Under the pieces are notes generated by a model, which was not told where the DNA came from, searched no databases, and saw only the letters and a program-made list of their open reading frames with translations. Source: Clostridiales bacterium (GTDB lineage: Bacteria > Bacillota > Clostridia > Christensenellales > UBA1242). From it: a stretch of 64,000 nucleotides of DNA. Below are positions 57,232 to 64,000 of the stretch, piece by piece. Location of the stretch: positions 288,220 to 352,219 of the forward strand of contig SVHV01000002.1 of NCBI GenBank assembly GCA_015055605.1. Reading direction: 5' to 3'. Position numbers and translations under genes: made by a program. Each line of letters starts with the position of its first letter. The first letter of the stretch is position 1.

Positions 57232-57780
57232 ATGAAAAGAAAAAGAAGTGTTACTCTGTTGCTTGCTAGTATTGTGTCTTATGCATTTGGAGGCTTGTCA
57301 TTATTCTGTGCAATAATGATGGGATTTAATATCTTAGGAGTGGCTGACTATTATGGACAGTTATTAACTACAGTTGTAAACGGTATGGTGGATATAGAGT
57401 CACAGATATTTATGGTGACACTAGAGCTTGCTGTATCAGGACTAGTTAGTTTCTATTTTGGAAAATTTTATCTAAGGGCAGAGAGATTGCCTGTTAAACA
57501 CCCACAGATGGGTAAGTCAATTATATTTATGGCTGTTATGCAGATGTTGTTCTGCTCATTTATTCCAGCAATATTTGGTTTAATTGCAGGTATTGTTCTT
57601 AAATGTAGTAAGCCTCAGGTTGTTATGATGGAGGCTAGGACAAAGACTGAGAGTGGTGTTAGTGATGTTAAACTAACCCAGATGACAGAGTCTGTTACTA
57701 GACTAAATGAACTTAGAAGTAGTGGTGCTATTAGTGAAGAAGATTATTACAAGGCACTAAATAGAGTTTTAGAAGGATAA
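57232..57780 (+). CDS. membrane protein with C-terminal SHOCT-like domain
   Basis: LNELRSSGAISEEDYYKALNRVL resembles the SHOCT short C-terminal domain. Four TM helices. Confidence 0.55.
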   Translation: MKRKRSVTLLLASIVSYAFGGLSLFCAIMMGFNILGVADYYGQLLTTVVNGMVDIESQIFMVTLELAVSGLVSFYFGKFYLRAERLPVKHPQMGKSIIFMAVMQMLFCSFIPAIFGLIAGIVLKCSKPQVVMMEARTKTESGVSDVKLTQMTESVTRLNELRSSGAISEEDYYKALNRVLEG

Positions 57781-57831
57781 GTGCATATATAATTCTACAA
57801 GAAATTTATTAAACAAAAGGAAAAAGTGTTT

Positions 57832-58887
57832 ATGAAGGAAAATTTATCAGGAAAATGTGAATCTTGTGGTTCAGAATTGTATTTCAATCCAGAGGATAGA
57901 GGTTTAAAATGTAAGGCCTGTGGTCGAGTTGATTTTTTTGATGTTGAAGACGAATATTCAAAGAAAACAATTGAACTTGAAACTTTGACTGTAATTAGTA
58001 AGGACGAGATTGCTAAAAAATCTGTAACTCGTTGTGATAGTTGTGGCGCATCTTTTACAGGTCAATATGTAACCCTTGCTACTAAATGTGAGTATTGCGG
58101 TGGTAATATGGTTGTTGATGATGCTGCTAGTCATCCAGATGCTTGTGTGCCTTTTTCATTTAATAAAGAAGCTGCATCTATTAAATTTGCAGAAGGAGTT
58201 AAAAAGAAATTTTTAGCACCTAGAGCATTTAAGAAGAATCCTAAGCCTGAGAGTATTGAGAGTATATATGTTCCTGCATTCTCTTTTTCTACTCAAGTAG
58301 ACGCTGCATTCTCTGGTGAACTTTACGAAAACGAAACCGATAGCGATGGCGACACATATAAGAGAAGGTTTAGGATCAATGGAACAGAGTATGCTACTAT
58401 AAATAATGTTTTGGTTGAGTGCAGTGATTATCTAACACAAACAGAGCTCAAACAAATCGAGCCTTATTATATGAATGAAACAAAGAAATTTAATCAGGCA
58501 TTTGTATATGGTTATTCTGTAGAGTATTATAATAGGACAGTGGAAGAGTCTGCTAAAATTGCTAGAGAGATTGTTCAAGAGAGAGTGAAGAAAAAGATTC
58601 TTTCTAGATATGATTATGATGGAGTAAATTCTTTAAATGTTGATTACAACTATCATGATTCTACATATTCATATTTATTGCTCCCAACATATAGGGTGAA
58701 CTATAAATACAAAAACAAAGAATATTCTACTGTTATGAATGGACAGACTGGTAAGATTGGTGGAAATACTCCTACCAGTAAGTGGAAAATATTCTGGATA
58801 GTTCTAGGAATTCTTGCTGTTTTTGGTGGAGTTGTGGCACTTTTTTCAGATGAATTATTTAGAGAAATAATGAGATTTGTTAGATAA
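57832..58887 (+). CDS. zinc-ribbon protein with C-terminal TM anchor
   Basis: CESCGS..CKACG and CDSCGA..CEYCGG motifs. The C-terminal segment is WKIFWIVLGILAVFGGVVALF. The ATG at 57832 is preferred over the GTG at 57826. Confidence 0.6.
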   Translation: MKENLSGKCESCGSELYFNPEDRGLKCKACGRVDFFDVEDEYSKKTIELETLTVISKDEIAKKSVTRCDSCGASFTGQYVTLATKCEYCGGNMVVDDAASHPDACVPFSFNKEAASIKFAEGVKKKFLAPRAFKKNPKPESIESIYVPAFSFSTQVDAAFSGELYENETDSDGDTYKRRFRINGTEYATINNVLVECSDYLTQTELKQIEPYYMNETKKFNQAFVYGYSVEYYNRTVEESAKIAREIVQERVKKKILSRYDYDGVNSLNVDYNYHDSTYSYLLLPTYRVNYKYKNKEYSTVMNGQTGKIGGNTPTSKWKIFWIVLGILAVFGGVVALFSDELFREIMRFVR

Positions 58888-58906
58888 TTTAAGGGGATAA
58901 AATATT

Positions 58907-60241
58907 ATGGATAAGATTAAAAATACAATTTTAAAGAAAAAACTAATTACAAAGGGGGAAACAATAGCAGTTGCTTGTTCCGGTGGACAGGACAGCATGG
59001 CACTTCTTCATTACTTATGGAATAATAGAGAAGAATTAGGTTGTAATGTTGTGGCTGTGAATGTTGACCATACAATCAGAGAGAATAGTGACAATGATAG
59101 CCAGTTTGTAATTAATTATTGTAATAAGCATGGTATCAAGGTTTACTCTTTTAAAGTAGATGCAAAGAAATTTTCAGAGGATAAGAAACTCACTCTAGAG
59201 CAGGGTGCTAGAGAGTGTAGATATAGGGTATTTAAAAATCTTGTAACAAAGAAGATTGCTACAAAGGTTGCTCTAGCACACCATAAACAAGACCAGGCAG
59301 AAACAATCCTTCTAAATATCTTTAGAGGTACAGGAATCGCTGGTGCTAGTGGAATGGACTATACTAGAGATAATATTTATATTAGACCATTACTTCCTGT
59401 TACAAAGGCAGAAATTAGTGCTTATATTATGGCTAATGATATTCCTTTTGTTGAGGACGAGACTAATAATGATAGTGAGTATAACAGAAACTACATTAGA
59501 AATAAAATTATGCCACTAATTAGACTTAGATGGCCTAATGCTGATAATGCTATCTCAGAATTTGGTGCTAATTGTAGAGCAGACGAGGAGTTTATTAGGT
59601 CACAAATTAACGAAGACTCTCTTGTTGTAGAAGATGGTTTAGTTAGAGTATATTCCACATACTTTGTATATCCAGATAGTTACATCTTTAGACTAATTCT
59701 TAAGGCCCTTAAGACTATAGGTATCAGTCAAAATATTGAGAAAAAACACCTAAAGATGATTAAAGAAATGGCTATTGAGTCAGAGAATGGTACAAAGATT
59801 AGTTTGCCTAATGGCTTGACTGTAATCAAAGAGTATAACTATATTACATTTACTAATAGAGTTGCTAAGAGAAGTAAAAAAACTTATCCTTTCACTAGAG
59901 GAAAATTAGATATTTCTAATTTTGGTGTAATTGATACTAACATTACTAGAAAGTTTAATATAGAAGAATATTCTCATCTAATAGATGCTAGTAAACTTCC
60001 TAAGAATGCCGAGTGGAGATTTAGAAAAGATGGCGACTTCTTTGAAAAATTCGGTGGTGGAACTAAGTCCCTTAGTGATTATCTAATTGATAAAAAAGTT
60101 CCTGTAAGGCTTAGAAATACTACTCCAGTTCTTGCTGTAGGAGATGAGGTTTATATCATTGCTGGTGTTGAGATTTCTGAGAAATTAAAAATTGATAAAA
60201 ACACAAAAACAGCTTATGGTATAAATGTAAAAAGATTTTAA
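58907..60241 (+). CDS. tilS: tRNA(Ile)-lysidine synthetase
   Basis: PP-loop VACSGGQDSMALL. LAHHKQDQAETILLNIFRG matches the TilS block. Confidence 0.9.
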   Translation: MDKIKNTILKKKLITKGETIAVACSGGQDSMALLHYLWNNREELGCNVVAVNVDHTIRENSDNDSQFVINYCNKHGIKVYSFKVDAKKFSEDKKLTLEQGARECRYRVFKNLVTKKIATKVALAHHKQDQAETILLNIFRGTGIAGASGMDYTRDNIYIRPLLPVTKAEISAYIMANDIPFVEDETNNDSEYNRNYIRNKIMPLIRLRWPNADNAISEFGANCRADEEFIRSQINEDSLVVEDGLVRVYSTYFVYPDSYIFRLILKALKTIGISQNIEKKHLKMIKEMAIESENGTKISLPNGLTVIKEYNYITFTNRVAKRSKKTYPFTRGKLDISNFGVIDTNITRKFNIEEYSHLIDASKLPKNAEWRFRKDGDFFEKFGGGTKSLSDYLIDKKVPVRLRNTTPVLAVGDEVYIIAGVEISEKLKIDKNTKTAYGINVKRF

Positions 60242-60317
60242 AAAAAGACCTATAAAAGGTCTTTTTCTTTTTGTGATAAAAGAAGACTTAGGATGTAACC
60301 TAAGTCTTCTTTGTTTT

Positions 60318-61691
60318 TTAGTTAAATTGAATTCTCTCTTCGATATATTTTTCTAACTCGTCTACATGGATTCTGATTTGTTCCATAGTATCTCTGTCTC
60401 TAACTGTTACAGTGTTATCTTCTAATGTATCAAAGTCGATTGTTACTGAGAATGGTACGCCGATTTCGTCTTGTCTACGGTATCTCTTACCGATTGAACC
60501 AGCCTCATCATATATACAAGGGAACTTTTTGCAAAGTTTTTGATATAGTTCGATTGCTTTTTCGTTGATGTTCTTTTGTAATGGAAGAACTGCTACTTTG
60601 TATGGAGCGATAGCAGGGTGGAATTTCATAACAACTCTGCTTTCACCGTTTTCTAGAGTTTCTTCGTGGTATGCTTCAGTTAGAACTGCTAACATTAATC
60701 TATCTGCTCCGATAGAATACTCGATAACTGTTGGGATATATTTCTCATTAGTTACAGGGTCTAGGTATGCCATAGACTTGCCACTAAATTCTTGGTGACG
60801 AGATAGGTCGTGTGTTGACCTATGGTGGATACCATTTAATTCACTCCAGCCCATAGGGAATAGGTAGAAGATATCACAAGCAGCTTTTGCATAGAATGCT
60901 AGTTTGTCGTGGTCGTGGAATTTTAGGTGATCTTCACTAAAGTTGATGTCTAGCAAGAATTGTCTTGCTCTTTCTTTGTAACTATCATAAATATTGAAGC
61001 CGTCTCCCTCTTTACAGAACATTTGAAGTTCCATTTGTTCAAACTCGATTGTTCTGAAAATGAAGTTTCCTGGAGTGATTTCGTTTCTGAATGATTTACC
61101 GATTTGTGCGATTGCAAAAGGAACTTTTGCTCTCATACTTCTTTGAACATTAAGGAAGTTTACATATTCACCTTGACAAGTTTCTGGTCTTAGGTATACA
61201 ACATCTTTTTCACCGTCAAGTGTGCCTCTGCTGGTCTCAAACATTAATTTAAATTGTCTAATATTTGTCCAGTTGAAATTACCACAGTGAGGACATTTAA
61301 CTTTGTTCTCGTTGATATACTCTTCCATCTGTTCATTTGTCATTGCCTCAGCAGAAACTTTACCCTTGCTGTGGTCTTCGATTAGGTTGTCTGCTCTAAA
61401 TCTTTGTTTACAAGATTTACAGTCCATCTTTGGGTCAGAGAAGTTCTGTGTGTGACCACTTGCGTCCCAAACTCTAGGGTTCATAAGGATAGCCGCATCT
61501 ACGCCATAAGTATTAGGGTCTTCTTGAACAAATCTCTTCCACCATGCTCTTTTGATGTTGTTCTTGATTTCAACACCAACTGGACCATAGTCCCATGTAT
61601 TACCCATTCCACCGTAGATTTCGCTACCTTGGAATATAATACCTCTCTGTTTACATAGGTTAACTATTTTGTCCATTGTTACATTGCTCAT
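60318..61691 (-). CDS. glyQS: glycine--tRNA ligase (homodimeric class II type)
   Basis: QGSEIYGGMGNTWDYGPVGVEIKNNIKRAWW, FRNEITPGNFIFRTIEFEQMELQMF and YIPTVIEYSIGADR. A T-box leader lies upstream. Confidence 0.93.
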   Translation of the reverse strand: MSNVTMDKIVNLCKQRGIIFQGSEIYGGMGNTWDYGPVGVEIKNNIKRAWWKRFVQEDPNTYGVDAAILMNPRVWDASGHTQNFSDPKMDCKSCKQRFRADNLIEDHSKGKVSAEAMTNEQMEEYINENKVKCPHCGNFNWTNIRQFKLMFETSRGTLDGEKDVVYLRPETCQGEYVNFLNVQRSMRAKVPFAIAQIGKSFRNEITPGNFIFRTIEFEQMELQMFCKEGDGFNIYDSYKERARQFLLDINFSEDHLKFHDHDKLAFYAKAACDIFYLFPMGWSELNGIHHRSTHDLSRHQEFSGKSMAYLDPVTNEKYIPTVIEYSIGADRLMLAVLTEAYHEETLENGESRVVMKFHPAIAPYKVAVLPLQKNINEKAIELYQKLCKKFPCIYDEAGSIGKRYRRQDEIGVPFSVTIDFDTLEDNTVTVRDRDTMEQIRIHVDELEKYIEERIQFN

Positions 61692-61721
61692 AAAATTTTA
61701 TCTCCTTCTATTTTTATTTGC

Positions 61722-61936
61722 GTACAAAAAATCCCTTATCAAATACTTGCTTTGTTAAAGGTCTTTGATAAAAAGACTTCTGTACAAATATTGATAAGGG
61801 ACGATAAATATTACCGCGGTTCCACCCTAATTGATAGTTAGACTATCCACTCTTCAAATATTTGGATTGTACCAAATATGATATTTAGTTTTTGTTTATC
61901 CTCGTGCAAGTTGCCAGTTTGCCCTAATAACGGATA
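61722..61936 (-). promoter_or_regulatory. T-box riboswitch leader (glycine-specific) of glyQS
   Basis: The minus strand contains AATTAGGGTGGAACCGCGG, the T-box motif (plus-strand 61813-61832). The Stem I region ..AGGGCAAACTGGCAACTTGCACGAGG.. carries GGC triplets (for example 61913-61915). The terminator is TCCCTTATCAA..TTGATAAGGGATTTTTT. Confidence 0.85.
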
Positions 61937-61941
61937 TTTGT

Positions 61942-61970
61942 ATTGTAGCAAAAACAAAAATGTTTTGCAA
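61942..61970 (-). promoter_or_regulatory. promoter of the glyQS T-box leader
   Basis: Minus strand reads TTGCAA, 17 nt, TACAAT, with TG at the extended -10 position. Confidence 0.65.
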
Positions 61971-62200
61971 GTCAAAACCTTGATTTTGGTGTAATATTTT
62001 AATTACTTTTTGTAATTATTTTCTGTAGACTATAATATATCTATATTATATTAATATTCGTTAAATATAAATTATAAAAACATTTGAATAAAATTCGACC
62101 TTGTGTTATTATTTATGTAGTAGAGGGTGTTTCTCTACTATATTTTAAAATTTTCTGTATGAGCTTATATGCTCTGCATAATATATTAAAAGGACATAAT

Positions 62201-64000
62201 ATGGAAGAAAAAGAAAAAAAAGATGTGGCTACAGAAGACACAAAAAGTGTTGCACCTAATGAAAAAAGGGAAGAAACATCTGTAGAAGAAAAAACAGAAA
62301 AAACCACAAAGAATTCTGCTTCAAAGAAGTCTAGTGCGAAGACTACAAAGAAGAGCTCTAGTTCTAAAACTTCTAAGTCAAAGACTGATAAAAAGCCAGA
62401 GGCTAAGGAGAAAGTTGAGGGTAAAACTGAAGCAGAGGTTAAGGTTGAGAAAGAGCCTAAAGAGACTGAGCAAAAAGATAAAAATATAATTAAAGCTCCT
62501 AGAATCATTTCTCCAGATGAGGCAGAGAAATCAAAGTGGCCATTTGCTAAGAAAAAGAAAGTAGAGAATGTTGAGGTGGAGAGATTTCATCCATCAGCAA
62601 AAGAGGGTTTGACTTCTGCTCAAGTTGAAAAGAGAATTGAGGCAGGCAAGATAAATTTTGTTGATACTAAAAATACAAAGACATACAAGAGTATTGTGCT
62701 CGGCAATATCTTTACATTCTTCAATATTCTATGTATGTTGGTTGCTGTTGCACTTATTAGTGTTGGTGCATGGGGCGATTGTTTCTTTATGATTATTGTT
62801 CTTGCAAATACTGCTATTGGTATTGTGCAAGAGATTAAGGCAAAGAAGACTATCGAAAAGATTAGTTTGGTTTCATCTCCAACTGCAATTGTTATTAGAG
62901 ATAAGTTTGAGGCAAAGATTCCTGTAAGTGAAGTTGTTTTAGATGATATTATTATGTTCCAGACAGGTAAACAAATCTGTGCTGACTGTATCGTAGTAGA
63001 TGGCTCTGTAGAGGTAAATGAGAGTTTGCTTACTGGTGAGAGCGTTTCTATTAAGAAAAACAAAGGTGATATCCTTTATAGTGGTAGCTTTGTTGTTGGT
63101 GGCAAGTGTTATGCTAGAGTTGATAAGGTTGGTAATGATACATATACTTCAAAACTAGCAATGCAGGCTAAACAATACAAAAAACCTAAGAGTGAACTTA
63201 TGGGAACTCTTAACTTGATTATTAAAATAATCGGTGTAATTATTATTCCTTTAGCATACCTAAGCTTTAGATCTAACTATATAGGTAGTGGTGATATGGT
63301 AGATACTATCAGAAGAACTGCCGTATCTGCTATAGGTATGATTCCATCTGGTATGTTCTTGCTTACATCTATGGCTCTTGCTGTTGGTGTTATCAAACTT
63401 ATTAAGAGAAGAACTTTAGTTCAAGACCTTTATTCTATAGAGATGCTTGCTAGAACTGATGTTCTCTGTTTAGATAAGACTGGTACTATCACAGATGGTA
63501 CAATGAAAGTAAATAATGTTATTCAATTAAAATTAGACTTTAAATATACTATGGAGCAATTAGTTGGCTCAATGCTAACAGCTCTTGATGATAATAACCA
63601 AACAAGTAGGGCACTGATTACTCACTTTGGTTATAGTAAAGAATTAGTTGCTCAGACAATCTTGCCTTTTAATAGTACAAGAAAACTAAGCGGTGTAACA
63701 TTTACAACAGGTGAATCTTTTGTATTTGGTGCTCCAGAATATGTATTGAAAACTAAGAACAAAGAAATAGAGGGCTTAGTTAAAACATATACAACTAAAG
63801 GTTTCAGAGTATTACTTCTTGCTCAATGTAATGGTGCAATTAAGGATGATAAAATCCCACAAGAGAGAACTCCTGTTGCAGTCATTGTTATTGAAGACCA
63901 TATCAGAGAGGATGCTGCTGAAACAATTAAATGGTTCAGAGAAAACAATGTAGAGATTAAGATTATATCTGGTGACAACCCAATAACTGTTAGTGAAGTT
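62201..64000 (+). CDS. cation-transporting P-type ATPase, N-terminal 600 aa (runs off the right edge)
   Basis: Absent from the ORF track because it is open-ended. My translation from the ATG at 62201 (RBS AAAAGGA) reads MEEKEKKDVATED..., includes LTGESVS (TGES) and CLDKTGTITDGT (phosphorylation motif), and stays in frame to 64000. Confidence 0.9.
   Translation, partial: MEEKEKKDVATEDTKSVAPNEKREETSVEEKTEKTTKNSASKKSSAKTTKKSSSSKTSKSKTDKKPEAKEKVEGKTEAEVKVEKEPKETEQKDKNIIKAPRIISPDEAEKSKWPFAKKKKVENVEVERFHPSAKEGLTSAQVEKRIEAGKINFVDTKNTKTYKSIVLGNIFTFFNILCMLVAVALISVGAWGDCFFMIIVLANTAIGIVQEIKAKKTIEKISLVSSPTAIVIRDKFEAKIPVSEVVLDDIIMFQTGKQICADCIVVDGSVEVNESLLTGESVSIKKNKGDILYSGSFVVGGKCYARVDKVGNDTYTSKLAMQAKQYKKPKSELMGTLNLIIKIIGVIIIPLAYLSFRSNYIGSGDMVDTIRRTAVSAIGMIPSGMFLLTSMALAVGVIKLIKRRTLVQDLYSIEMLARTDVLCLDKTGTITDGTMKVNNVIQLKLDFKYTMEQLVGSMLTALDDNNQTSRALITHFGYSKELVAQTILPFNSTRKLSGVTFTTGESFVFGAPEYVLKTKNKEIEGLVKTYTTKGFRVLLLAQCNGAIKDDKIPQERTPVAVIVIEDHIREDAAETIKWFRENNVEIKIISGDNPITVSEV

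Noticed and set aside
62113-63063. 131-aa and 147-aa minus-strand ORFs (62113-62508 and 62620-63063)
   Set aside because: Both lie antisense to the P-type ATPase, whose plus-strand frame is open from 62201 to 64000 and contains the TGES and DKTGT motifs.
1-64000. Alternative genetic code (TGA as Trp, as in Mollicutes), suggested by the very low GC
   Set aside because: TGA terminates well-defined genes directly before terminators, for example at 2282-2284. Long ORFs and gene density are fully consistent with code 11.

Overview
AT-rich bacterial chromosome segment that uses the standard genetic code (TGA is a stop, for example at 2282-2284). Gene content looks Firmicutes-like: a T-box-controlled glyQS, tilS, efp, cca, VanW and many lipoproteins. 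G+C was judged by eye only, not computed. I support about 55 protein genes, 3 tRNAs (Ser-GCU, Gln-CUG, Leu-GAG), one glycine T-box leader, several intrinsic terminators and one tiny CRISPR array. I recognised no rRNA, transposase or integrase.

Main result: the 948-aa ORF at 35307-38153 has two R-x4-H HEPN motifs, RQYVVH at aa 324-329 and RNLVVH at aa 853-858. It also has sequence blocks I recognise from Cas13d (type VI-D RNA-guided RNase). About 250 bp upstream sit two 36-nt direct repeats separated by one 31-nt spacer (34949-35051). No cas1, cas2 or WYL accessory gene lies nearby, so this looks like a stand-alone single-effector RNA-targeting CRISPR locus. The repeat shape suggests the array is transcribed divergently from the effector gene.

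Secondary observations:
- All three tRNA genes are followed by partial copies of their own 3' ends plus terminator hairpins. These bracket single-gene cassettes and look like integration footprints. At tRNA-Ser they form a serial cassette array. At tRNA-Leu an 82-bp direct repeat flanks a CpG-rich foreign-looking cassette.
- An AIPR-type abortive-infection gene, a DUF4145-like gene and a small gene with a HEPN-like motif are present.
- Four perfect DnaA boxes and one near-perfect box lie in a 0.46-kb untranscribed gap between convergent genes.
- EF-P has an Arg-tipped SRPRL loop instead of the usual KPGKG.
- An ABC ATPase is fused to a large unknown membrane domain.

All family assignments come from motifs read by eye. 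No database search was run.
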